DNA from: Candidatus Bathyarchaeia archaeon
Lineage (GTDB): Archaea > Thermoproteota > Bathyarchaeia > TCS64
Direction of reading: 5' to 3'
NCBI GenBank assembly: GCA_050014495.1
Contig: JBEKDF010000050.1
Coordinates: forward strand, 1-17,325
DNA length: 17,325 bases
In this document: positions 1-9,109 of the stretch, piece after piece
Layout of the letters: the number at the start of each line of letters is the position of its first letter
Position numbering within the stretch: the first letter of the stretch is position 1
Made by a program: the position numbers and the translations under genes
The notes under the pieces: generated by a model
Database searches by the model: none
The model's input: the letters and a program-made list of their open reading frames with translations, nothing else
Told to the model about the DNA's origin: nothing

Positions 1-36
1 CGAATACTATATCTTGAGTAAACTCGATAATACCTC

Positions 37-312
37 ATGGCACCCATGCTCGATTATTTACTAAGGATAGCACTAGTCGCCGCAACAGCGTTCCTCTTCG
101 GAATAATACTCCTAGCATACCTCAGAATCAAAAGCATAAAACTGCTATTCATAGCGGCAGGATTCGCCGTATTCCTCATACACGCCCTACTATACATGCC
201 CGAGATAATGTTCCAGTCAATAACGCTAGAATTTACTGATAACCTTCACATAGCCATGAACCTAATCGCCCTACTGCTCATAACCTATGGAATCATGCGT
301 GAAGAAAAATGA
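37..312 (+). CDS. Small three-TM membrane protein, translationally coupled to the downstream wHTH regulator
   Basis: 91 aa with three hydrophobic segments; its stop overlaps the next start (ATGA at 309-312). Confidence 0.75.
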   Translation: MAPMLDYLLRIALVAATAFLFGIILLAYLRIKSIKLLFIAAGFAVFLIHALLYMPEIMFQSITLEFTDNLHIAMNLIALLLITYGIMREEK

Positions 313-848
313 AGACCATGGAAAAAGTTCTCGAGAACGAACACCGTAGAACAATCTACAACTTCGTGAAGGAGAACCCTGGGCTTCACATGCGAGAGCT
401 TCAAAGAAAGCTCGATATTCCATTAAGCACACTTGAATATCACTTGGATTACCTTGAGAGAAAAGATATACTATCCCAGGAGGATGACAGGAGGTATTGC
501 AGGTACTTCGCTGAAGAACATACCGATGAGGAGAAAATACTTTTATCAGCCCTCCGCCAAAAGAAACAGAGAGAAATTATTCTGCTAGTGCTCAGTGAAG
601 AGCTGATGTGCTTCAAAGAGTTAGCTAATGAGACGATGATAGCGGATTCAACGTTATCTCATTATCTGAGGCTGCTATGTGAACGGGAGATTCTTGTTAA
701 GGAAAGAATTGGTGCTGAGACTTGTTATAGGGTGAAATCAGAGACATCTATAGTGCGTTCGTTGCTTTGTTACAGGACCAGCTTTTTAGATAAATTGGTG
801 GATAATGTACTAGCTTCATTCCTAGAAGTTGATTATGTGAAGAAGTAG
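309..848 (+). CDS. Archaeal double winged-HTH (ArsR-like) transcriptional regulator
   Basis: RRTIYNFVKENPGLHMRELQRKLDIPLSTLEYHLDYLE and a second HTH FKELANETMIADSTLSHYLRLL; alternative start ATG 318. Confidence 0.85.
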   Translation: MKTMEKVLENEHRRTIYNFVKENPGLHMRELQRKLDIPLSTLEYHLDYLERKDILSQEDDRRYCRYFAEEHTDEEKILLSALRQKKQREIILLVLSEELMCFKELANETMIADSTLSHYLRLLCEREILVKERIGAETCYRVKSETSIVRSLLCYRTSFLDKLVDNVLASFLEVDYVKK

Positions 849-934
849 CTTCGGTGATTGCACTAGTCCAATTCTATGTTTGTGTTAAACTCCTTAATAT
901 ACGCGCTTCCTTTCTACTGCCGCGGGTAAAAAAA

Positions 935-2038
935 ATGATTGTAAAAACATCAAGATTGTTATCATTCGTTGCCCTAGCGCTACTAATGCTCGGACCAACC
1001 CTCATACAGGTTGGGGCGAGCCCCACCGTAGCTGTTGGGGCGGTCTACACGGAGGATAACGCAGTAAGCAACCATGTTTGGCGTTTCACAAGATACTCTG
1101 ACGGGACCCTCGGACCCGGAGTCTCCTACAGCACAGGCGGAGCCGGAACAGGCGTCGCAACCCACAGCCAGGGGGCGATCGCCCTCACTGCGGATGGGAA
1201 GTGGTTACTAGCCACTGATGCTGGTAGCAACCAGATCAGCGTCTTCTGGGTCACATCCACGGGACTCGTACTGAAGGATGTAGAGGGCTCTCGAGGCAAA
1301 ATGCCAATCAGCCTCACGGTCAGCGATTCGTGGGTCTACGTTCTCGACGCGGGGACACTTAACATCGCAGGATTCAGGCTGAGACCATGGGGAGAGCTCA
1401 CCTACATCTCTGGGTCTTGGAGGCCACTCGGCTCGGGTGCAAGCTCGCCCGAGCAGATCGGATTTATCACTTGCCCAGAGAGAGCCGTGTTGGCAGTCAC
1501 GGATAAGGGGTCGGGCAAGATCTACACATACGCCGTCAACTACTGGGGAGTCGCCGGTTGGCCAAAGACAACTACTTCAAGTGGGCCTGGAACCTATGGA
1601 TTCGCCTCCACCAAGGATGACCTCATCGTTAGCGAGGCCGGGGACCACGCCGCATCCTCTTACGATGTATCTAGGTGGGGTGCCCTTACGCCGATCAGCA
1701 AATCGGTCTCAACCACTGGGTTATCTGACACGCCGTGCTGGGTGGCCGTCACCTGTGATGGCAAGTTAGCCTACACCGGTAACGGTGGTAGCGGGACTGT
1801 CTCCAGCTTCAGGGTAGGCTGGGATGGGTCATTGACGTTGATCAGCGCAAACGCGGCTGGAGCCACATACGCACCTTCCCTAGACCTTGCATTCAGTAGT
1901 GGTGATGGTTTCATCTATCTCTTGAGTGCTAATTCTGGTAACCTAGAGGGTTTCCAGGTTAATCACTCGACTGGTGCGCTGACCTGGGTCACGACAGTCA
2001 GTATCCCCACTTCGGCTGCTGGAATAGCTGCTTCCTAA
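935..2038 (+). CDS. Secreted lactonase-family beta-propeller protein (6-phosphogluconolactonase/cycloisomerase-2 like)
   Basis: Signal peptide after ATG 935 (MIVKTSRLLSFVALALLML); blade motifs DGKWLLATDAGSNQISVF, PCWVAVTCDGKLAYTGNGGSGTVSSF; TTAATATA box near 893-901. The ORF-track start at 854 is probably too early. Confidence 0.8.
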   Translation: MIVKTSRLLSFVALALLMLGPTLIQVGASPTVAVGAVYTEDNAVSNHVWRFTRYSDGTLGPGVSYSTGGAGTGVATHSQGAIALTADGKWLLATDAGSNQISVFWVTSTGLVLKDVEGSRGKMPISLTVSDSWVYVLDAGTLNIAGFRLRPWGELTYISGSWRPLGSGASSPEQIGFITCPERAVLAVTDKGSGKIYTYAVNYWGVAGWPKTTTSSGPGTYGFASTKDDLIVSEAGDHAASSYDVSRWGALTPISKSVSTTGLSDTPCWVAVTCDGKLAYTGNGGSGTVSSFRVGWDGSLTLISANAAGATYAPSLDLAFSSGDGFIYLLSANSGNLEGFQVNHSTGALTWVTTVSIPTSAAGIAAS

Positions 2039-2053
2039 GTATTTCTCACCCTA

Positions 2054-2059
2054 TTTTTT
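2054..2059 (+). terminator. Probable archaeal oligo-T terminator
   Basis: T6 tract about 15 nt after the stop at 2038. Confidence 0.35.
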
Positions 2060-2221
2060 CAGTATCCCAATTCACATCTGATTTGTTGCATTTTGAGTTA
2101 GCAGCGCGTTACTGGTAAATTTTCATTTCATTAAAAAATTCGTAAATAGAAGGGCTTCCCAAGAACTTGCGCATTTAAGGAATGTTAATTATCCTCTAAC
2201 TTCATCATCAAATAGAAAACT

Positions 2222-2494
2222 ATGGCAGACCTGAAAGAAGAGCTACGCGAAGAAGCCTCAAATTACGGAGTAGACCTCTTCGGAGTAGCCTCAGCACACG
2301 ACTTCAGTGAAGCACCCCCGGGCCACAGACCCACCGATATACTTCCCGGAGCCGAGTCGATTATCATACTCGGCCTGAAGATGCTCGACGCACAGACCGA
2401 CCTGCTCCCACTAGAGGGAGACACCTCCTCGAACTCGCCGAGGCAGGCCATGTTCAGCGGCATCGAATATCAACTTTTTCGCGTGCGCCTATAA
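2222..2494 (+). pseudogene. 3'-truncated epoxyqueuosine reductase (QueG)-like Fe-S protein
   Basis: N-terminus GVDLFGVASAHDFSEAPPGHRPTDILPGAESIIILG is typical of the family; only 90 aa and no Cys/4Fe-4S motifs. Confidence 0.65.
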
Positions 2495-2584
2495 TCGAGA
2501 ACGCGAAGTCCGTGGAGATCGCGTTCACGTTGTTATGGTTTAATAAACATAACATAAGCTTCGATAAGCTAGAGGTGTACAAAA

Positions 2585-3112
2585 ACGAACAACAGAAACA
2601 TAATCATAGTGGCAGCTGTAGTACTCGTCGTAGCAGGCGTCAGTGTCGTTGCTTGGCAGCTATTAAAGCCGAATAACCACATAACCGCAAACGCCACCTG
2701 GACTCTAAAACTCAACGGTAAGATATCAGAAACAATCGACGCCAACACCCTAATACAGCTCACAAAAGCATCAGCCAACGGCGGAGCCTCTTGGACAGAC
2801 TCAGACGGCTATATCTATTTTGGAATACCTTTGTGGATTCTCGTTGGCCGAGTCGATGACACTCAACCATCAGGCTTCAACAGCACGCTTGCGGATCTCG
2901 GCTACTTGGTGAGGGTGAAGGGCTCGGATGGCTTCTACAGAGACTTAACTTCAGCCAGTGTAAAGATGAATAACGATATCATCGTTGTGTATGAGATGGA
3001 TGGGAAGGCCTTACCCAGTAACGCGTATCCTCTTGAGTTGGTTGGGGCTGTCCCCAATAAGGGCTGGATGGTGAGGCTGATCGCTGAGATAGACATCATC
3101 TTCCCGAGTTGA
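2585..3112 (+). CDS. Membrane-anchored molybdopterin-oxidoreductase (sulfite oxidase-like) domain protein lacking Cys
   Basis: N-terminal TM; GIPLWILV, VKGSDGFY, IIVVYEMDGKALP..YPLELVG motifs. Start is either the in-frame ACG 2585 behind GAGGTG or GTG 2609. Confidence 0.65.
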   Translation, partial: TNNRNIIIVAAVVLVVAGVSVVAWQLLKPNNHITANATWTLKLNGKISETIDANTLIQLTKASANGGASWTDSDGYIYFGIPLWILVGRVDDTQPSGFNSTLADLGYLVRVKGSDGFYRDLTSASVKMNNDIIVVYEMDGKALPSNAYPLELVGAVPNKGWMVRLIAEIDIIFPS

Positions 3113-3183
3113 CCATCTATTGCTCGCGCACGCGACGACACCCCTCTCAGGATGATCGTGTTCATATGCGAAGCCACGTTTTT

Positions 3184-3603
3184 TTATGAAGGAATTTTGT
3201 TCATAAACTCGTTTCCAGCTGCAGTTAAAATTGTGACGTTAACGCTAGTATAGCCCAACCCATTCCCAATGAACAGGTTAAAGACTGTCTTCGAGCCCGG
3301 CATAATGACTGGACTTATCAAAGGGGTATCCGTCGATATCTCCGTAGGGTCCGGTGGGAAGTTTCTGCCAGTCACCGGCGTGCCATTTACAATTATTTCA
3401 GCTATCTTAACCGGAACAGCGCCAATGTTCTTCACCGTTATAGGAACCGTATTGAGCTTACATGCGCAGTCTATAAATCCAGTTATCTCTAACTTCTCCT
3501 GAGGCATTACAGAGCTGGAGAAGACCTCCATCTCTCCCACATAGAAGAACGATGCCGCAAAGATCACCGCGACGAGAATATAGATCATATATATTTTTTG
3601 CAT
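3184..3603 (-). CDS. Membrane-anchored pilin/archaellin-like beta-sandwich protein
   Basis: N-terminal hydrophobic helix; ITVKNIGAVPVKIAEIIVNG and VTILTAAGNEF resemble archaeal type IV pilin-like globular domains; GGAGGG upstream of ATG 3603. Confidence 0.55.
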   Translation of the reverse strand: MQKIYMIYILVAVIFAASFFYVGEMEVFSSSVMPQEKLEITGFIDCACKLNTVPITVKNIGAVPVKIAEIIVNGTPVTGRNFPPDPTEISTDTPLISPVIMPGSKTVFNLFIGNGLGYTSVNVTILTAAGNEFMNKIPS

Positions 3604-3664
3604 CAAAAATCCCTCCCGTCCGCTGTAATTGAACCTTTGTTTAATTTTTAATAGTTAAGGGATG

Positions 3665-4333
3665 CTAAGGAATAACCTTCAGTCCGGTATAGATCATATA
3701 TATCCCAGCGAGGATGAGAACCACGCCGTTCACCTTCTTCAGAAATGGCAGCGCCGCTAACAAATGATTGTGTAGCAAGTCCTTCGCCAGAGTCAACGTG
3801 ATGGTCAGTGGGATTATCAGCGCCGCAGCACCGGCACCATACGCAGCAAATAACCACAACAAGTCGATAAAGCTCTTCGCGGATGAGCTTTGGAGTACAA
3901 TTATTAGGAAGACGGGCAGGCTGCACCCGAGGGAGGCGACCCCGTAGGCAACGCCGTAGGTTAGAAACGAGATTTGGCTCGCACCATTGATCTTAAGACC
4001 TAAACTTGGAAGTCTATCCATAAACGTCGTCCAACCAGTGAGTAGACCGATTATTATCAACACAAAACCTAGCACAGGACCTGCAAGCCAAATGTATCTC
4101 TGAAACTCAGCGGCCATGATGGAGGGTATTATGCCCACGAGTAGGAAAACGGCTAGGAATCCAGCTGACATTAAGCAGGATTGGAGGAGACCACTTGCCA
4201 GCCTTTTTCCAGCTCTTTCACTACTAATATAGTATGATACGTAACTCGGCATCATGGGCAGTGCACAGGGGCTTAGGAAGGACAGGGCCCCGGCGGTGAA
4301 CGCGAGGCTCAACTGCGCTGCATCCATCTTCAA
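3665..4333 (-). CDS. ccdA: Cytochrome c biogenesis protein CcdA (DsbD transmembrane domain)
   Basis: AFTAGALSFLSPCALPMMPSY and second Cys in LGCSLP; six TM segments. Confidence 0.9.
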   Translation of the reverse strand: MKMDAAQLSLAFTAGALSFLSPCALPMMPSYVSYYISSERAGKRLASGLLQSCLMSAGFLAVFLLVGIIPSIMAAEFQRYIWLAGPVLGFVLIIIGLLTGWTTFMDRLPSLGLKINGASQISFLTYGVAYGVASLGCSLPVFLIIVLQSSSAKSFIDLLWLFAAYGAGAAALIIPLTITLTLAKDLLHNHLLAALPFLKKVNGVVLILAGIYMIYTGLKVIP

Positions 4334-4337
4334 ATCA

Positions 4338-4838
4338 CTAACTGTTCGCGTTAATTATCTGGATCAACTGCTCATAGGATGTGTAGAAGCCACGGTACCT
4401 TATAGTTCCAGACTTGTCTACCACAACAAGTGTTGGCACCGCGCTAACCTTGTAGTTATCGATAGCAGTTGGCGAGTTACCTATTAGCCAACTTACCTTA
4501 TTATTCTTGGCGAAAGTCAATAAGTCTGACTCGCTGGTACCGTCAACGTTGACTGATACGATGACTAACCCCTTTTGAACCTGTAACTGTCTTAGGGCGT
4601 CGAATTCTTCTACGCAGACTGAGCAGGTTGTCGTCACGAAGTCGAGGACCACAGTCTTACCCCTCTGCGTCGATAGGCTGAACGTCTGCCCGCTTGTGTC
4701 GTTCAACTTCATTTCTACCGCTTGATCTCCCACGTTGACTCCCGGAGGCGCTGATCGGTTGGATGTTACCCAGTAGGCGAACGCTGAGATCCCCACGATC
4801 AGGGTGAGCATGAGTGCGGCGGTGGTCTTAGTATTCAT
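4338..4838 (-). CDS. Membrane-anchored TlpA/ResA-like thiol-disulfide oxidoreductase
   Basis: GKTVVLDFVTTTCSVC (CxxC), cis-Pro motif VSAVPTLVVVDKSG; co-oriented with ccdA, 4 nt apart. Confidence 0.88.
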   Translation of the reverse strand: MNTKTTAALMLTLIVGISAFAYWVTSNRSAPPGVNVGDQAVEMKLNDTSGQTFSLSTQRGKTVVLDFVTTTCSVCVEEFDALRQLQVQKGLVIVSVNVDGTSESDLLTFAKNNKVSWLIGNSPTAIDNYKVSAVPTLVVVDKSGTIRYRGFYTSYEQLIQIINANS

Positions 4839-5067
4839 CCTCTCAGGCTTTTAGGGATCGATCTTTAAAAACGAACCTAAACAAGAAAATAGTTTTCAGG
4901 GAGGATTGACAAGTTTGCAAGTTTGCGCATAGAGGGGGATGCCTCTGTTGTCCCTCTCAGATAGCAACTTGTTGGTCTGCGTAATATTTTGGATCATTCA
5001 CTAACACAAGCGCGTTTTGTTAAGAGAATGTTGATATTCAAAGCTGCAGAGGCATTATTAAGTCATC

Positions 5068-5568
5068 ATGAGCAGTAAATTGACAAGAACATCAATAGTC
5101 TTAGTGGCAGCTCTTACGCTTGTAATCGTGGCATCAATTTTTACATACATTACCTATGGTCAAGCTAAGAATAGCGGCGTGGAGCAGGCAAAGATCATCC
5201 TATACTATAGCGAGCTCGTCTCGATGCCGAGGACCACGGTAAACGCTGACCTTTACTGCGTCGACAGCCTCATCGACCATGGGAACTGGACGGGTGTGAA
5301 GCTTGGATCCGTGCTTGAAAAGGCTGGGCTAAATCAGCAGGTGGAGAACGTGGAGTTCCACGCCAGTGACGGGTACTCGATAACGATACCGTACTCGGTG
5401 GCTATGCGGGGGGATGTGATAATAGCATATGAGAAGGATGGCAGCAACCTGCCGGAGTTGACTCGCTTGGTTATTCCTAATGCGAATGGCGACGAGTGGA
5501 TCAGCAAAATCACCCAAATTAAAATTATTTTTTCATCTGGCAACTATGTGTCGATTTATCTGAGGTAA
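5068..5568 (+). CDS. Molybdopterin-dependent oxidoreductase domain protein (sulfite oxidase/MsrP family)
   Basis: N-terminal TM; LYCVD, WTGVKLGSVLEKAG, FHASDGYS, IIAYEKDG, RLVIP...WISKITQI. Confidence 0.8.
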   Translation: MSSKLTRTSIVLVAALTLVIVASIFTYITYGQAKNSGVEQAKIILYYSELVSMPRTTVNADLYCVDSLIDHGNWTGVKLGSVLEKAGLNQQVENVEFHASDGYSITIPYSVAMRGDVIIAYEKDGSNLPELTRLVIPNANGDEWISKITQIKIIFSSGNYVSIYLR

Positions 5569-5728
5569 AACTGAGACTGCTAGCGATTGAGCTAGCCATT
5601 TTTTCCATGTATGAGATTTCAATAAGTTCGAGTAATGCCCACTTTCCTGTTTACATGAACTATTATGGATCCTTTTTGTAAGTCAAGGAATATATTCCAC
5701 TGTTGCAAATTTAATTTTGGTGATGTTT

Positions 5729-5902
5729 TTGTCGAAGGCACAACCGCACCCTGGACATGAGAAACATCTCTGTAAGTTGGTCGAGGATAAGACCCCAACT
5801 GAGAAACTTAAGCCCCTGGTAAAAAACCCCAAGTATATCTGTAAAGGCTGTGGAAGAGCCGCGGCTAAAGCGGAGAATCTCTGCTCACCCGAACCCCTTT
5901 AA
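5729..5902 (+). CDS. Small Cys/His-rich (probable Zn-binding) protein
   Basis: HLC...YICKGCGRAA...NLCSP; GGTGA RBS at 5719-5723 favours TTG 5729 (ORF track start 5717); T8 tract at 5916-5923 follows. Confidence 0.7.
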   Translation: MSKAQPHPGHEKHLCKLVEDKTPTEKLKPLVKNPKYICKGCGRAAAKAENLCSPEPL

Positions 5903-6221
5903 ATACCGTTTCACCTTTTTTTTACGTGCGCGTTACCGCGCTTCCATTCGGTATTTAGGGGCAGGTTTGTCGGTTTGAGAAGGGTGGTTTCTGTAAGAGG
6001 TCAGGATGGATTGTGAGGCTTGGAATTAATTTCCAAATCAACAAATGGGTTTAAAGACCATTTAAAAACAATATCTAAACAACCTCGCGAAAGATGTGTG
6101 CCTCGTTTAGTCGGTCGAGCTAGTACAAACCATATTAACCAAGATTGCGACGACAACAATATGTCTCTCTCCGACATGAGACAACATATCAGAAAACGAC
6201 ACCACAGCACCAGCGTATCAG

Positions 6222-7205
6222 GTGAATGAATTGGTACTATCACCGATACACTTCGCTCCATCCATCGCAGCAGCCATACTAACCATACTCCTAGCATTCA
6301 CCAAACATGACAGAAGCCACAAGTTGCTGGCCTATGGGATGGTGTTCTTCGCAGCGATCGGGTTCGCCGGCTTCATACTGGGTGACTGGACACAGCTCCT
6401 AGGCCTTAGCTTTCACTCGATACACGCTTGGGTGGGGTTACTCGTCCTCTCCACATCAGTCGCCACCTTCCTCCTAAATCGCAGATATCCGTGGCTTCAC
6501 TGCCAGCTTGGGAGGGTTGCAGGGATACTTGCGTTGATCTCCTTAGCGATGGGCTTAGTGATATTGTTTGGTCTGACTCCAGGCATCCAGACATCGGCTA
6601 GCACGGTACCCCTTCAGTATCCTGCCTCAAGTAAGCTACCTGAGGTCGAGGCAAAAGAGTTCATGAATACAACACTAGAGCCCATCTCGAGTCAGGGAAA
6701 CAATGCAATAATTGGAACCCAAATAATAGACCGGGGGTCATACAGGTTAGTGGTCAGCGGCCTTGTAAATAAGACGCTCACCTTGACGTACGATGATCTC
6801 CTCAACCTCCCGGCTTATTCTGAGAACGCTTACATGCCGTGCGTGGAGGGGTGGGGATTCTGGGCGAAGTGGACGGGCTTCCGAGTAACTGACCTATTAG
6901 ACGAAGCTGGAGTCTCTAAGGATGGCGTTTACGTGGTCTTCTACTGCGCGGACGGGTACTCCACAGGTCTCCCAATCAAGTATCTGAGAGACAATCATAT
7001 CCTTTTAGCCTATGGCCTGAACGACGTTACGCTTCCCCCAGATAGAGGGTTCCCTCTTCAGCTTGTCGCTGAGAGCAAGTATGGCTACAAGTGGGCGAAA
7101 TGGATAGTCAAGATCGATGTCGTGAACCAGGAGGTTCAGGGATACTGGGAGTCCCGTGGCTACACTGACTCGGCTGACGTTGGGACCTTCCCCTTCGTTC
7201 CTTAA
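6222..7205 (+). CDS. Molybdopterin-dependent oxidoreductase (MsrP/YedY-like) fused to an N-terminal 4-TM His-containing domain
   Basis: MPCVEGW Mo-ligand Cys, WTGFRVTDLL, ADGYSTGLP, RGFPLQLVAESKYGYKWAKW, GYWESRGY. Confidence 0.88.
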   Translation: MNELVLSPIHFAPSIAAAILTILLAFTKHDRSHKLLAYGMVFFAAIGFAGFILGDWTQLLGLSFHSIHAWVGLLVLSTSVATFLLNRRYPWLHCQLGRVAGILALISLAMGLVILFGLTPGIQTSASTVPLQYPASSKLPEVEAKEFMNTTLEPISSQGNNAIIGTQIIDRGSYRLVVSGLVNKTLTLTYDDLLNLPAYSENAYMPCVEGWGFWAKWTGFRVTDLLDEAGVSKDGVYVVFYCADGYSTGLPIKYLRDNHILLAYGLNDVTLPPDRGFPLQLVAESKYGYKWAKWIVKIDVVNQEVQGYWESRGYTDSADVGTFPFVP

Positions 7206-7248
7206 GACTTTCAAATGATACTTTGTGTGCGCGAACGCGGGCATGCTT

Positions 7249-8217
7249 CTACAATACTGGTAGGAGCTGCTCCTCGATCATGTTTAGCATTTCAAGCGCT
7301 GGCGTCGGTTGAAGTATCACGTAGTCGAAGCCCAGATCTGATAACCTCTTCACCCTATCAGCTATAGTTGAGGGAGATCCCACGAAGCCTCTGGCGACGA
7401 TGTTACGGTAGAGGTTCTCATTCTCGCCCGCCAGCCTCTTAACGATACTCCTCGCCTCCTCATCGGATTCGCCTATAAATATCTGCCCAGGAATAGCAAA
7501 CATCATCTTCCTTCCGCCACGCTCACCGAGCATGCTCCCCATTCTATGGGTCTTCTCCTCCGCCTCATCGATTGTTGATGCGCTCATCAGCCACCCATCC
7601 GCCAAGTCTGCGGCGAGCTCCATCGACTTCTTCGAATCTCCACCCCACCAAATTGGCGGATGGGGCTTCTGCACTGGCTTAGGTTCAAGGACCCCCTCGA
7701 CTATTTCGTAGAACCTCCCTTTGTAGTTCGTCGTAGGCTGCGTCCATAGAGATTTGATGATCTCTATCTGCTCCCTCGCGACATCGATCTTCGTATCGTG
7801 ATCATACCAGGGAGCACCATAGGCTTGGAACTCCCTCTGGTACCAGCCTGAGCCTATTGAGAACCTGAACCTGCCGTCGGAGACGTCGTCGAGCGTCGCA
7901 GCCATCTTCGCGAGGACGGCGGGGTACCTGAAGCCCTGGCAGATGGTTGTGTGGAAGAGCTCGATTCGAGTTGTCTGAGCCGCTATAGCGGTTAGGGTTG
8001 TCCATGCCTCAAGTGAGGGTTCTCGTTCCCCCTTGATTGGGTTGAGCATGTGGTCTGGTACCCAGATTGAGTGGATTCCGATGTCCTCCGCCTTCTTGGC
8101 CGAATCAGCTGCGTACTTGTAGTTGGGCTTTGCCTCGTTCTCCTTCACACCCCTTGTCCAGCCCCCGTAAACTGGGGCGTATATTCCAAGCTTGGTCTTC
8201 AAGTCATTCACTTCCAC
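7249..8217 (-). CDS. LLM-class (luciferase-like, probably F420-dependent) oxidoreductase
   Basis: SIWVPDH, EAWTTLTAIAAQT, RYPAVLAKMAATLDDVSDGR, PKPVQKPHPPIWWGG. Confidence 0.92.
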   Translation of the reverse strand: MEVNDLKTKLGIYAPVYGGWTRGVKENEAKPNYKYAADSAKKAEDIGIHSIWVPDHMLNPIKGEREPSLEAWTTLTAIAAQTTRIELFHTTICQGFRYPAVLAKMAATLDDVSDGRFRFSIGSGWYQREFQAYGAPWYDHDTKIDVAREQIEIIKSLWTQPTTNYKGRFYEIVEGVLEPKPVQKPHPPIWWGGDSKKSMELAADLADGWLMSASTIDEAEEKTHRMGSMLGERGGRKMMFAIPGQIFIGESDEEARSIVKRLAGENENLYRNIVARGFVGSPSTIADRVKRLSDLGFDYVILQPTPALEMLNMIEEQLLPVL

Positions 8218-8289
8218 GGGTTTTCTTGCTAGATATTCCTTTAACGGAACTTAAAGACACGCACTTAGAATAATACGTGCGTGGCGCGA

Positions 8290-8470
8290 GATCTATGGAG
8301 CTGGGTCAAGTTCAGGCCGGTGATTGAAGAGAACAGGAGAAGATTCTCTGGAAAGGACATCCTCACTGGTTTCGAGTACCTTGGCGATGAGCTGATGAAG
8401 CTTAAGAAGGTGAGGGATCCAGGTTTCGAGATCCCGGCGGAATTCACTAGGTATATTTCCAAAAAAGTAA
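8290..8470 (+). pseudogene. 5'-deleted remnant of an array-family (DUF4760-like) paralog
   Basis: WVKFRPVIEENRRRFSGKDILTGFEYLGDELMKLKKVRDPGFEIPAEFTRYISKK aligns with the C-terminus of 15427..15975 (YAKYRPVIEEGRRRYHGKDYQRDFEFLADEVLRVMKEKDPTFVFPETLDKYVPDK); no N-terminal part or upstream repeat. Confidence 0.85.
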
Positions 8471-8480
8471 CTTTCTATCT

Positions 8481-8527
8481 CAATAGCCTTATCCTCACTT
8501 CCACCTGACTCTAATCTGTGAACTAGT
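8481..8527 (+). repeat. Array leader repeat copy 1 (promoter/RBS-containing)
   Basis: caatagccttatcctcacttccacctgactctaatctgtgaactagt directly before TTG 8528. Confidence 0.95.
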
Positions 8528-9049
8528 TTGGTGGATTTAGCACTTCTACAGAGTGTATCGTACATAGCTGGTGCCCTAGGAGTATGCGTAGCTGCAGTCT
8601 ACTACATAATTAACCTTAGATTCCAAGTTGAGTCCCGTAAAGCCCAACTATTCCAACAGCTAATAGTACCATGGCTTTCTAACGACTTCCAAAGAGAAGG
8701 AGCCGAACTGCTAGCAATGAAGTGGACGGACTTCGACGACTTCGCGAGGAAGTACGATTCAAGCGTTAACCCGGATAACTGGGCTATGAGAGCCAAGCAT
8801 TGGACCTTTCTCGAAAACATAGGCTATTCCGTTAAGAGGGGGCTGATAGACGCTGACATGGCGTATTATGAGTTGGCGGGGTTCTACGTGTTGTGGATGT
8901 GGGATAAGTTTGGTCCCGTGATTACTCAGTATAGGAAGACGATCAATATTCCTGAGTGGTTTATCAACTTCGAGTATTTGGCTAAGGAGCTTCATAAGCA
9001 GCATCCTATTGAGATTCGTGAGGTTTATGGGGAGTATAGGCCGAAGTAG
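8528..9049 (+). CDS. Array paralog, membrane-anchored DUF4760-like protein (N-terminal type B)
   Basis: TM helix ending YY; W.DFDDF..KY, LENIGYSVKRGLID, W.KF.P.I, FEYLA motifs shared with the other paralogs. Confidence 0.85.
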   Translation: MVDLALLQSVSYIAGALGVCVAAVYYIINLRFQVESRKAQLFQQLIVPWLSNDFQREGAELLAMKWTDFDDFARKYDSSVNPDNWAMRAKHWTFLENIGYSVKRGLIDADMAYYELAGFYVLWMWDKFGPVITQYRKTINIPEWFINFEYLAKELHKQHPIEIREVYGEYRPK

Positions 9050-9063
9050 GACCTCGATTTCCT

Positions 9064-9109
9064 CAATAGCCTTATCCTCATTTCCACCTGATACTAATCC
9101 AGTGATTAT
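9064..9109 (+). repeat. Array leader repeat copy 2
   Basis: caatagccttatcctcatttccacctgatactaatccagtgattat before ATG 9110. Confidence 0.95.

Noticed and set aside
4910..4958. Tandem caagtttg x2 and short agagg/cctct inverted repeat in the divergent tlpA spacer
   Set aside because: Too short to distinguish from chance; could be an operator but is unsupported.
6001..6297. ORFs 6020..6229 (+) and 6001..6297 (-)
   Set aside because: No recognisable motifs or RBS and atypical composition; probably spurious.
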